From positions 7,343-71,342 of the forward strand of contig JAFQQM010000001.1 of NCBI GenBank assembly GCA_017410585.1: 64,000 nt of DNA, read 5' to 3'. The notes under the pieces were generated by a model that saw only the letters and a list, made by a program, of their open reading frames with translations, was not told where the DNA came from and ran no database searches. Position numbers and translations under genes: made by a program. This DNA is from Clostridia bacterium (GTDB taxonomy: Bacteria; Bacillota; Clostridia; Oscillospirales; Acutalibacteraceae). Shown here piece after piece: positions 53,350 through 63,095 of the stretch. How positions within the stretch are numbered: position 1 is the first letter of the stretch; every line of letters begins with the position of its first letter.

Positions 53350-56300
53350 ATGAAAGCGGTTTCCCATTTAAGTAAACCTATAAAACGGATTCTTTCGATC
53401 GGTCTGTCGCTTTGCTTGTTGCTGGCGGCGGTACCGGCCGTTTTGCTGCCCGGTTTTGCGGCATCCTCGGTTGCCGGTGCAGAACCTCCGACCGAACTGA
53501 CCGCCACCTATCAAGGCAGTAATCTGATCACCAATTCGTCTTTTGACAGTTCGTCGCTGAGTTTTTGGAATGCGAATTCCTCCACCGGCCTGAACCGTGT
53601 CACCGATCCGGTGGAAAGTGATTACGCGCTGAGGGTAAACCAGTCATGGTCTGTCTTTAACAAGCCCAACACCCTTTTTGCCGTCTCCGACAGCATCAGC
53701 GACGTGACCGGCGGTGCCACCTACGAATTCAGTGCCAAGGTGTATAATCCGGATACCACGGCTCAGTCGACCGCGTATCTGGTGCTGACCGAAAGCACCG
53801 GCACCACCACTTGGTCGACGGCCGTGCAGGGTACGGTGTCGGAATGGACCAAGATATCCGGTATCATCACGCTGGATGCGGCCACCACCTCGGTGACGCT
53901 TGCTTTTTACTTCAAACTTTTTGATGCCGACGCGGATAACGAGGAAACGTGGTATATGGACGATATCTCTCTGTATCGTACCACCGAGCAACTGATTACG
54001 GCATCGGATACCACGGTCAACACCACCTTTGACAGCGATATCAAAACGTGGATGCTTAACCAGCAACTGTCCGATTCCGACCTCAGTATCCCCACCGCCG
54101 CTTACCGTCGGGATACCACCTACGTCCGTAGCGGTGCCGGTAGCCTGTATTTCGGCAAGGATGCTCCCGAAGCCCCTGTCTATCTGGATTCTTCGGTGAA
54201 GATTCCGGTAGAGGAGAATAAGGATTACACTTGGGGTCTGTGGTACACTTCTCACGACAGTACCGCTACGGCGCGTCTGGACGTGTTGTTGTACGATAGC
54301 AACGGTGTGCAGACGGGCGTTCTCTACGGTCGTGAATTTATGCTTTCTCGTGCGGATACGTTACACGATTGGAAAATGGTTGCCACCACCGAAGCCATGC
54401 CCAGCGGTACGGCGTATGCGTCCTACCGCTTGCATATTGAAAGCGGCCGTGCGCAGATCTTTGTAGACGACGTGTTCGGCTACGAGAGCACCGGCAAACT
54501 GGTTATTGGCTCGGTCACGGCCGGTGAAACGGTTGCGGCCGATCTGCTGACCGCCGGTTACACCTATTGTGCCAATATGGCCGGCTCGCTGGCCTTTACC
54601 GACTTAAACGGCAACGCCCTTTCCGGCTTCTCTGTCATCGCTGACCAGAACTTCACCGTTCCTTCCACGGCGGTTGCCGCTTCCTTCACCCCCGCTTCGT
54701 CCGGTATACTGGAATTTGAGTGGTTGAGCAGTCCGACACAGGATGACGCCGGTTGGACGGCTCAGGTGGCTTGGTACCCCGAGGACGAGCCGAATAGCGG
54801 CACCCCCAAACTAACCTACTACCGCCTCAGTTTTTACGTGGAAAAAGCGGTTCGTCGGGCAACCGTTCAGTTGGCGGCGCCTAACAATATCAAGGGCTTT
54901 TATCTCAACGATGTGGGCGGCTTTGTCATCAACAACGTCCCGCTGACCGGTGATAACGCCACCAAACGCATCGCGGCTTCGACGGTGGATATCTCCAATA
55001 CCCTGCATTTCGGCAACAACCTGCTGGCTACCGCCGCCTACCACAGTGGTGATGCCAATTTCGCCGGCTTGATCGCTCAGATCGACGTCGAGTATACCGA
55101 TGGCACGGTTGCCCGTTTCGGTACCGGCTTGTCCAACACCGTGACCACCACCTCGTCGATGGCAATCGCGGCCGGTGACAACCCCGACATCATTGTACAG
55201 AACAACCAGAGTGCCAATTGGTATGCGACCAACGATACCAGTGGCTGGATCTGGAAACCGGCACAGATGCGCGGTACGCCGCCGTTTGACGGCAAGATCG
55301 GCTCGGTTGCCTATGACTGGGCATACGACCTGTTCAATCAGCGTGCCATCGTTTCCCCAAGCACCACGAACGTGACCGTTTCCGGTGTGGCAGGGGAGAA
55401 GATCTCGGCACTGGTGCCGTATACCGACCTGAAAAACACGCCGGTCAGCCCCACCCGTGTCCGTTTGTTTATCGGTGATACCTACTACGCGACCTCCACG
55501 ATGACCGTCGCCACCGAGACCGACGGTGCCGCAGACGGCAACGGTCTGCTGAAGTTGACGGTGGATGTTCCCGATTACCTGCCGACCGGCAACTATTTGG
55601 TTCGTCCGTACCATTGCGATCTCGACCTACTCTCTGCCGATCGCCTCTTGAATATCGATCTCACCGCTTCCGGCAAGACCGCCGGTATTGGCAAACTGAC
55701 AACGGTCACGGTGGCCGGTGCCGATACCGAAACGGTGGAAAATGCGGTGGATTCGATGGTCAACGGCGGTTTCGAAAACGGCAGTAACAACTGGTCGCTG
55801 TCCGGCACCGGTGCAACGGTTGTCGGTTCGTCCTTCGCGCAAGACGGCGAAAAGTACGGTGTACTCGACCGTAGCACTTCGACGGCAACCGCTCAGTTGT
55901 ACTGCAATCAGTTTGCGGTACAGCCCAATACCGAATACACGCTGAGTTTTTGGAAATACAGCGAGGTCGCGACCCAAACGTATTACACGATCCATTGCTG
56001 CAATTCCTCCAATGGGATTATCACGTCCCAAAACGGCGGTACCGGCTACGTAGCCACCGACGGCTGGCAACAGATCACCCGTACCTTTACCACCACGGCG
56101 GATACCGCGTATCTGCGTATCGACCTGTCGCATAACGCCGGTGCTTCGCAGGCGGTCAGTTACGTCGATAACGTGTCTGTCTGCGCTACCGCCGATCCTT
56201 CGGTCAACCTGTTGCCCAACGGCAGTTTTGAAAACGGTATGACCGGTTGGGCCAGCGGCGGTGCCGCACCTGCCTCGGTTGCCACCTCTCCTGCCACGCA

Positions 56301-59300
56301 TTCCGGCAACGGAATGCTCAAGTTGGAGGATGCCAACGGCAGTGCCTACGCTAACTCCTATCTGCTGAGCGTTAACGCAAACGCTACCTACACGCTGTCT
56401 TATTGGCAGAGAACGACCGGTGCCCCCACCACCTACGTCAATCTGCACTATGTGAATGGTAGCGGTAGTTATTCCTCCTTCTGGAACAAAAACGTAACCT
56501 ATAATGCGTACGGCTGGACGCTGAAGACTCATACCTTTACCACAGCGGCCGATACGAAGCAAGTGCGTATTGACTTTAACGTCAACGCCGGTTCCGGCGG
56601 TGTGGTTTACGTTGATGACGTTACCCTCACCACCACGGTGAATGAGTCGGTCGGTACCACTGCCGATAAGACGGTGCTGACCGTCAACGGTATGAAGCAA
56701 AGCCCTGTGATGTACCTTCGCACGTTCGGCAAGAGCAAGGCGTATTACGATTTCGACGTGCTCTCCGCTTACGCGGCAAGCGGCGTCCGTCTGTATGCCA
56801 CCTTCGGCGGTATGCTCGGTGACGTTTCCACCACCGGGTCCATCCCCGTCTGGAACGAGGACGGCAGTATCAACACGGCCGCTCTGGATGAGGACGTTTA
56901 CGAGATCTTGGATGTCAACCCCAACGCGATGGTGCTGTACAACATCGATATGGATGCCCCCGACTGGTGGAAGACAGCCAATCCCAACGAATGCTTCACC
57001 TACACCGATGCCACCGGTAGCCATACGGCTGTTTCGTGGGCATCGACCGCCTATCGCAACGACGCGGTCGCGGTACTACAGCAGATCGTGAATTACCTGT
57101 ATAACGAGGCTCCTTACCGCCACCGTCTGTTCGGTATTCGCTTTACCGGCGGTAGCACCTACGAATGGATCACCAACGGCACTCCGGAAGGCACCGCCTT
57201 CGACAGCACCGCCGCGATGGTTGCCGCGGTCAACGCCGAACTGGGTGGTACTTCCTATACCGCCAATGAGATCCGCACCGCCATCACCTCTGAGGGAAAC
57301 ATCGCCCTGCTGAATATGAACAGCGAAAACGGCCGTATCGCCTACGCCTACAACCGCCTGATGTCCCAGTCCATTACGGATAGCATTCTGGCGTATGCAG
57401 ACGTGGTGAAGACCGTCTCGGGCGATAATTGGTTGGCGGGTGCCTACAACGGCTACCTCTGGAACTTCACCTCTTCCGAGGCGATCGGCTCGGCACACAC
57501 CACCGTGGGTGACCTGCTGGAAAGCGATTTGATCGACTTTATCGCCTCTCCCGTGACCTACGGTGAGCGTACCGCCGGTCACTATCCGACCGGTATGGCT
57601 CTGTCCGAGAGCGTGCAAGCGCACGGTAAACTGTATTTCTTAGAGCAGGATAACCGTACGCTCCGTGCCGCCGCCAGCAACACAGAAGCCAACTCGGTCG
57701 GTAAGGTCGATACGCTGAAAGAATCGGTCGACCAACTCACCCGTGATCTGGCGATCGACTTTGTCAAGAACAACGGCTGGTGGACGCTGGATATGGAAGG
57801 CGGCTGGTTCTCGGATGCCGCGATCACCGAGCGTATCGGTCAGATCAAATCCGAGTACGATCTGTCCTTGGCACTGGATACCGGCACGAATAGTGAGATC
57901 GCGGTGGTTATCGGTGACGATACCTACGATTATTTCTACAACGGTCACCTCGCCGGCAACTCCTCCAAGTCCTCCTATCTGCTGACTCGCCTGTACAAGC
58001 AACAGCGGATAGAACTGGCTAAACTCGGTACTTCTTACGATACCTACGCGGTGTCCGATGTGAACGCGGTCGACTTTGTCGACTACAAGTTGACGGTGGT
58101 CATTTCTCCGTTTGGTATGACCGCCGAGCAGGCAAACGCCATTAAAGCCGGCGGCGGTACCGTCTTGTGGATTTATCTTCCGGGTCATTTCGGTGACGGT
58201 ACCTCCCTCACCGACTACACCCTGACCGTCGGTGACCAGTACGCCCCGATGCAGGCGACCTACGGTGACTACCTCTTCGGTACCGCTACCTACGGGACCG
58301 GTCCGAAGGTAACCGTTGACGCTACCGGTGCCACTGTGCTGGCCGATTACGTCGGTGGTACGCCGGCGGTGGTTTCCAAGGCGGTTACCGGCACCTACAA
58401 CTACACCTCCGTTTACTCGGCGGTTCCGGCGGTTCCGGCCGTCCTACTCCGTCAGCTGGCGGATGAAGCCGGCGTCCACCGCTATACGGCGGATAAGGAC
58501 GCGGTTGTGGAAAGCAATAACAGTTACCTGACCGTTACGGCGCTGTACGGCGGAGAGAAGACCGTCACCCTGCCCGAGGCCAAATACGTCTATAACGTTT
58601 TGACCGGTGAGAATTACGGCGTTACCGATACGTTCACCGTCACGCTGGACGATAACCAGACGGCTATCTTCCGCGTGACCGACGAGGCGTACACCTCTCC
58701 GGCGGCAACCCCGTCCGACCACGGCGGCGATGACCAACTGCCTGCCGGTGCGGTCAACCTGCTCAACGGCGGCGACTTCTCGTCGACCACCGCGTCCGGC
58801 TGGAATAAATCCGGTAACTTTGCTACCACCGCGACCATTGCCGACGGTATGCTCTCTTTTGCGAACACCACGGCAACCTCGTATTTGACCTTCAATACCG
58901 TCAATCTCATCCCCGGTGCGACCTACACCTACTCGCTGTACTATTGGGTCACCGAAATTTCCAATACGCAGGTGGATATCCGTACCCGTGTGTTGAATGG
59001 TGCCGACGTGAAGGATCTTCATATTCAGGAACATTGGATCACCAAACTCAGTGATGGTTGGAACCGCCTGTCGGTTACCTTTACGATTCCGGCGGATACG
59101 ACCGAAACCTCGATGCGCGTGTGGCTGTACAATGCGGCCGCCCCCACCAACAGTGCATATCCGGGCACCATCTACTACGATGACGTGTCGCTCATCTGTG
59201 AACAGCACTACATTGGCATCGACAGCGAGGATGAAAACGACGTCTTAAATGCGGTGTATTACAACGTCAATATGAATCCCTCCGGCACAGACTACAGCCG

Positions 59301-61095
59301 TGATAACGTCGTGATCGATACCGACAGCACCCTCCCGTTGAAGGGCGGTGTGTACTCCTACACCAAGTTCCCTGTCACGCTGTACGATGCCGGTACCGGC
59401 ACCACCGCAACCTATTATTCCTACGTTGGTGGCGGCTCCGACTATGATCAGATCTATATGTACACGGCGGAGAGTGCCTCGGCTGACCCGTCCACCACGC
59501 CGATGAAGGAGGCCGCCAACGGCTCGATCTTTACCATTCCGGCCGGCAGTTCCTTCACCTACCGCGACACCACTGTCTACTTTGTGCAGGATTTTGTACT
59601 GACCAAGAGCGGCAACACGTGGACCCCCAAGGTAACCGTGACCGACCACACCACCGCTGTGGATGGTGGTCGTTACATCCCCGACGGAATGAACGCGGCT
59701 GACGATATTTTTATGAGTACGGGTGAACTGACCGCCGGTGCCGGTGGCTTTACGCTGGGTAACGGCGGCTCCAACCCGACCGGCTCGTCCCCGATCTTTG
59801 CCGACGGTATCGTGTCCGCCGAGGACGTCACCGGCCAGATCGCCAACGCGAACTACTGGTTTATCCAGACTCCGGCCATCACGGTCGAGGCGGGCGCTAC
59901 CTACCAGTTGTCCTACTACATCTGGGTGACCGATGCCACCTCGTTGCAGTACGATATGTACGTGGATTCCGCCATCGCGCCGGTCAAGGCTTCGTTGGAT
60001 TTTGCGCTCAACCGCGCCGGTAAGACGAACGTCAAGATCGGTGCAAACTACTATGACCTGACCGCCTCCTCCGCCAATACCGCGGCGATCACCGCGGCCA
60101 CCGGCGGCTGGAAACTGGTCACCTACACGTGGGAAGCGGCACAGAGCGGCACCGGTAGTTTCTATCTGAAGAACTACGGCAGCGGCCCGTCCACCTACTA
60201 CATCGACGACGTCGCGCTGTATCAATTGGAAGAGTCGACGGTCGAGTTTGAGGGCGCCACCGCCACCTTGTCCGACCGTATCCACCTCAATTTCCACGTC
60301 TCTTCGCCCAAGACCTTCGCTTTGAACGACGAACTGAAGGTGAAATTCACCTACACCGGCCGTAAGGGCACGGTGACCGAATGGGTGAACGTGGATACCG
60401 ATACGGTCGAAAACGGCAACTACGTCTTCCCGCTTAAGAGTCTGGTCGCCGCTTATATGGCGACCGAGATCACCGCCGAGGTCGGCGTCGGCACCACCGA
60501 TGCCTTCACGGTGAAGGATTCCATGACCTACTCGGTCCGCGAATACGGCAACGCCATCCTTACCGGCGACTATGCGCAGAAGTATAAGGATGCCGCTTCG
60601 ATGATGCTCAACTACGGTGCATGGGCACAGCAGTACTTCGGTTATAACGAGGAAGACCTCGCCAACTCGGTACTGCCCGAAGCCGATCGCGTCAGCGACA
60701 CGGCAACGTGGCTGGCACAGATTGATAATATCAATCAGTACAAGGCGACCGTCACCGACAAGTTGGATAGTTTTGTCGGCTACACCTTGCTGTTGCAGGA
60801 TGGTACGGCCCTGCGTATCTACTTTAACGAGCAGGTGACCGCCACCGTCGACGGTGCGGCTGTCACGGCGGTCAAAGACGGCGACAGCGAACGCTGGTAT
60901 ATCGAAATTGCCGGTGTCGGTGCGGCGGATCTGGACGTGCCTCATACGGTCGTGATCAACGGCACGATGACCATTTCCAACCTGAGCGCGCTGACCCCTG
61001 CCCGTACGGTTGCCAACAGCGATAGCCGGTCGGAGAATTTCCGCAATATGTGCATCTCGCTGATTCTGTATGCACAAATGGTCAATCAACTGTAA
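53350..61095 (+). CDS. Giant (2581 aa) secreted multi-CBM, GH42-like glycosidase-like protein, paralogous in part to 40198..49686
   Basis: It has a signal peptide and CBM-like modules (NGGFENGSNNW...QPNTEYTLSFWKYSE...YVDNVSV) closely resembling those of giant 1. The TIM-barrel-like core has STYEW and YFLEQDNR motifs. There is no C-terminal TM helix. Confidence 0.85.
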   Translation: MKAVSHLSKPIKRILSIGLSLCLLLAAVPAVLLPGFAASSVAGAEPPTELTATYQGSNLITNSSFDSSSLSFWNANSSTGLNRVTDPVESDYALRVNQSWSVFNKPNTLFAVSDSISDVTGGATYEFSAKVYNPDTTAQSTAYLVLTESTGTTTWSTAVQGTVSEWTKISGIITLDAATTSVTLAFYFKLFDADADNEETWYMDDISLYRTTEQLITASDTTVNTTFDSDIKTWMLNQQLSDSDLSIPTAAYRRDTTYVRSGAGSLYFGKDAPEAPVYLDSSVKIPVEENKDYTWGLWYTSHDSTATARLDVLLYDSNGVQTGVLYGREFMLSRADTLHDWKMVATTEAMPSGTAYASYRLHIESGRAQIFVDDVFGYESTGKLVIGSVTAGETVAADLLTAGYTYCANMAGSLAFTDLNGNALSGFSVIADQNFTVPSTAVAASFTPASSGILEFEWLSSPTQDDAGWTAQVAWYPEDEPNSGTPKLTYYRLSFYVEKAVRRATVQLAAPNNIKGFYLNDVGGFVINNVPLTGDNATKRIAASTVDISNTLHFGNNLLATAAYHSGDANFAGLIAQIDVEYTDGTVARFGTGLSNTVTTTSSMAIAAGDNPDIIVQNNQSANWYATNDTSGWIWKPAQMRGTPPFDGKIGSVAYDWAYDLFNQRAIVSPSTTNVTVSGVAGEKISALVPYTDLKNTPVSPTRVRLFIGDTYYATSTMTVATETDGAADGNGLLKLTVDVPDYLPTGNYLVRPYHCDLDLLSADRLLNIDLTASGKTAGIGKLTTVTVAGADTETVENAVDSMVNGGFENGSNNWSLSGTGATVVGSSFAQDGEKYGVLDRSTSTATAQLYCNQFAVQPNTEYTLSFWKYSEVATQTYYTIHCCNSSNGIITSQNGGTGYVATDGWQQITRTFTTTADTAYLRIDLSHNAGASQAVSYVDNVSVCATADPSVNLLPNGSFENGMTGWASGGAAPASVATSPATHSGNGMLKLEDANGSAYANSYLLSVNANATYTLSYWQRTTGAPTTYVNLHYVNGSGSYSSFWNKNVTYNAYGWTLKTHTFTTAADTKQVRIDFNVNAGSGGVVYVDDVTLTTTVNESVGTTADKTVLTVNGMKQSPVMYLRTFGKSKAYYDFDVLSAYAASGVRLYATFGGMLGDVSTTGSIPVWNEDGSINTAALDEDVYEILDVNPNAMVLYNIDMDAPDWWKTANPNECFTYTDATGSHTAVSWASTAYRNDAVAVLQQIVNYLYNEAPYRHRLFGIRFTGGSTYEWITNGTPEGTAFDSTAAMVAAVNAELGGTSYTANEIRTAITSEGNIALLNMNSENGRIAYAYNRLMSQSITDSILAYADVVKTVSGDNWLAGAYNGYLWNFTSSEAIGSAHTTVGDLLESDLIDFIASPVTYGERTAGHYPTGMALSESVQAHGKLYFLEQDNRTLRAAASNTEANSVGKVDTLKESVDQLTRDLAIDFVKNNGWWTLDMEGGWFSDAAITERIGQIKSEYDLSLALDTGTNSEIAVVIGDDTYDYFYNGHLAGNSSKSSYLLTRLYKQQRIELAKLGTSYDTYAVSDVNAVDFVDYKLTVVISPFGMTAEQANAIKAGGGTVLWIYLPGHFGDGTSLTDYTLTVGDQYAPMQATYGDYLFGTATYGTGPKVTVDATGATVLADYVGGTPAVVSKAVTGTYNYTSVYSAVPAVPAVLLRQLADEAGVHRYTADKDAVVESNNSYLTVTALYGGEKTVTLPEAKYVYNVLTGENYGVTDTFTVTLDDNQTAIFRVTDEAYTSPAATPSDHGGDDQLPAGAVNLLNGGDFSSTTASGWNKSGNFATTATIADGMLSFANTTATSYLTFNTVNLIPGATYTYSLYYWVTEISNTQVDIRTRVLNGADVKDLHIQEHWITKLSDGWNRLSVTFTIPADTTETSMRVWLYNAAAPTNSAYPGTIYYDDVSLICEQHYIGIDSEDENDVLNAVYYNVNMNPSGTDYSRDNVVIDTDSTLPLKGGVYSYTKFPVTLYDAGTGTTATYYSYVGGGSDYDQIYMYTAESASADPSTTPMKEAANGSIFTIPAGSSFTYRDTTVYFVQDFVLTKSGNTWTPKVTVTDHTTAVDGGRYIPDGMNAADDIFMSTGELTAGAGGFTLGNGGSNPTGSSPIFADGIVSAEDVTGQIANANYWFIQTPAITVEAGATYQLSYYIWVTDATSLQYDMYVDSAIAPVKASLDFALNRAGKTNVKIGANYYDLTASSANTAAITAATGGWKLVTYTWEAAQSGTGSFYLKNYGSGPSTYYIDDVALYQLEESTVEFEGATATLSDRIHLNFHVSSPKTFALNDELKVKFTYTGRKGTVTEWVNVDTDTVENGNYVFPLKSLVAAYMATEITAEVGVGTTDAFTVKDSMTYSVREYGNAILTGDYAQKYKDAASMMLNYGAWAQQYFGYNEEDLANSVLPEADRVSDTATWLAQIDNINQYKATVTDKLDSFVGYTLLLQDGTALRIYFNEQVTATVDGAAVTAVKDGDSERWYIEIAGVGAADLDVPHTVVINGTMTISNLSALTPARTVANSDSRSENFRNMCISLILYAQMVNQL

Positions 61096-61108
61096 GGAGG
61101 GGAAACCA

Positions 61109-61252
61109 ATGAAACAATATCAAAGTCCGGAATGGTTGGTCTTCCGCCTTCCGATGCTGTCTGTTTTGACCGCCAGCGGCGATCCCGACGAATGGGAGAC
61201 GGATATCGTCCCCCCGACCGAGGACGATTACGATCCCAACGCCGAAGAGTAA
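61109..61252 (+). CDS. Small acidic peptide (47 aa), last ORF of the operon
   Basis: AAGGAGGGG RBS 8 nt upstream of the ATG. Sequence: MKQYQSPEWLVFRLPMLSVLTASGDPDEWETDIVPPTEDDYDPNAEE. A terminator follows. Confidence 0.55.
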   Translation: MKQYQSPEWLVFRLPMLSVLTASGDPDEWETDIVPPTEDDYDPNAEE

Positions 61253-61260
61253 GCCCCAAT

Positions 61261-61290
61261 GCTCCCGATGCGAAAGCGTCGGGAGCTTTT
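61261..61290 (+). terminator. Intrinsic terminator ending the giant operon
   Basis: GCTCCCGATGC-GAAA-GCGTCGGGAGC-TTTTCT. Confidence 0.85.
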
Positions 61291-61304
61291 CTCTTGCGTA
61301 ACAC

Positions 61305-61333
61305 TTGACAAAAGTAACCAATCCCGATATGAT
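61305..61333 (+). promoter_or_regulatory. Sigma-A promoter (TTGACA-N17-TATGAT) for the LacI-family gene
   Basis: TTGACA at 61305-61310 and TATGAT at 61328-61333. Confidence 0.6.
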
Positions 61334-61363
61334 AATAAGGAAGTCTTTATTAGTGGAGAGCCT

Positions 61364-62341
61364 ATGAATATTTATGATATTGCCGAAAAATCTGGTGTCT
61401 CGGTATCCACCGTTTCCCGCGTTATCAACGGTACGGCCCGTGTGCGTGAGGAGACCAAGCAAAAGGTACTGAGCGTCATCCGCGATACCGGTTTCCAGCC
61501 GAACGCCTTTGCGCAGGCGCTCAATTTCAACAGTATGGGTATGATCGGCGTGCTGTGCACCAACTTTGCCGACTCGTACTATTCCCGCGTGGTGGCGCAT
61601 CTGGAAAAACACCTGCGTGATAATAACCTCAACGTGACGTTGGTCTGCCCCGGTCAGACCATTGCGGAGAAAAAGGAAGGCATTCGTGCGCTCAAGGCGA
61701 AAGGCGTTGACGCGATCGTGCTGATCGGCGCCACCTTTCTGGAATTGGAGCGGGAATTTATTGCGGATATTTCCGCCACTTGCCCGCTGTTTACCTTGAG
61801 TTACCACCACCTTGACCTCCCCAACGTCCATTCGGTCTGTTGTGATGAACGCGGTGCGGTCAAGGACGTGGTGACCAAACTGATCGCGGCGGGTCTGCCG
61901 CGCGTGCTGTTTGTGTGCGAACATATCCAAAACAGTAACAACACCAAGTACAGCGGCTACCGCGACGCCTACGAGGCTTGCGGTCTGCCGTTGCCGGAAT
62001 TGTTGCTTCCGACGGGTTGCTACACCGCCGAGGCGGAACCGATCATTGCCGATTTTCTGGCGGCCAACGCCGACCGGATCGACGCGGTACTGACCGGTAA
62101 CGATGAGTTGGCGGCGTTTACGCTTAAGGCGATGCACCGCTTGGGTATCAGCCGTCCGGTGGTCGGTTTTAACAATTCGCTTTTATCCCAGCAGGTCATT
62201 CCGGAACTGACCAGTGTGGATAACCGCGTAGAGGAGATGTGCCGCCTGACCGCCGCCAATCTGGTCGCTAAACTGCAAAAACAAGAGGTTCCGCAAAGAA
62301 CGGTCATTTCCGCCGAACTGGTCCGCCGTGAATCTTTTTGA
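61364..62341 (+). CDS. LacI-family transcriptional regulator
   Basis: The start is at MNIYDIAEKSGVSVSTVSRVING (classic LacI HTH), followed by a periplasmic-binding-like sugar domain. Confidence 0.92.
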   Translation: MNIYDIAEKSGVSVSTVSRVINGTARVREETKQKVLSVIRDTGFQPNAFAQALNFNSMGMIGVLCTNFADSYYSRVVAHLEKHLRDNNLNVTLVCPGQTIAEKKEGIRALKAKGVDAIVLIGATFLELEREFIADISATCPLFTLSYHHLDLPNVHSVCCDERGAVKDVVTKLIAAGLPRVLFVCEHIQNSNNTKYSGYRDAYEACGLPLPELLLPTGCYTAEAEPIIADFLAANADRIDAVLTGNDELAAFTLKAMHRLGISRPVVGFNNSLLSQQVIPELTSVDNRVEEMCRLTAANLVAKLQKQEVPQRTVISAELVRRESF

Positions 62342-62345
62342 TCAG

Positions 62346-62381
62346 AGATCCCTTACGTCGTGCGACGTAAGGGATCTTTTT
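62346..62381 (+). terminator. Intrinsic terminator
   Basis: AGATCCCTTACGTCG-TG-CGACGTAAGGGATCT-TTTT. Confidence 0.85.
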
Positions 62382-62489
62382 ATGAATTTTCTGTGATATT
62401 TCGGAAAAATCCTTTGCGTTTTATGGCGGCTTGTGCTATACTATAATCTGTATAAGTATTATTATGCCAAAAAATGGGGGACCACCGGT

Positions 62490-63092
62490 ATGATCTACAG
62501 TTTGCGCGGAACGCTGACGGCGTTGGAGCCGTCTTTGGCGGTGCTGGAATGCGGCGGTGTGGGCTTTGCTTGCCACATTACGACAAACACCGCTCGCCGT
62601 CTGCCGCCGATCGGGCAGGAAGTGATGCTCTACACCATCTTAAACGTCCGTGAGGATGCGATGGATCTGTTCGGCTTTGCCGAGCAAGCAGAACTCCATT
62701 GCTTCAAACAACTCACCTCGGTGTCCGGTGTCGGCCCCAAGGCCGCCAACGCGATCTTGTCCGAACTGTCGCCCGAGCGGCTGGCATCGGCGGTGGCGAT
62801 GGGGGATTTTAAAGCGATCACCCGCGCTAACGGCGTCGGTCCCAAACTCGCCCAGCGCGTGGTACTGGAACTGAAGGATAAACTGGGTATTCCGGTCGCT
62901 GTCGGCGGCAATACGGTCGCACCGTCATCCGCCGCTCGCCCCGCTACCGGCAACGCCGAGGAAGCGGTCCGCGCCCTGACCACGCTGGGCTTTACCGCCG
63001 GCGAAGCCGCCGAGGCGGTTGGTCGCTTGGACGGTAGCCTGCCGGTCGAAAAACTGATTCACGATGCGCTCAAAGCATTGGCAAGGAGATAA
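62490..63092 (+). CDS. ruvA: Holliday junction branch migration complex subunit RuvA
   Basis: MIYSLRGTL...GVGFACHITTNT...SGVGPKAANAILS. Confidence 0.95.
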   Translation: MIYSLRGTLTALEPSLAVLECGGVGFACHITTNTARRLPPIGQEVMLYTILNVREDAMDLFGFAEQAELHCFKQLTSVSGVGPKAANAILSELSPERLASAVAMGDFKAITRANGVGPKLAQRVVLELKDKLGIPVAVGGNTVAPSSAARPATGNAEEAVRALTTLGFTAGEAAEAVGRLDGSLPVEKLIHDALKALARR

Positions 63093-63095
63093 CCG

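Noticed and set aside
54811-61089. Minus-strand ORFs of 267, 465, 182, 254 and 614 aa opposite giant 2.
   Set aside because: These are antisense shadow ORFs. They have no RBS, a biased composition, and are fully contained within a well-supported plus-strand CDS.
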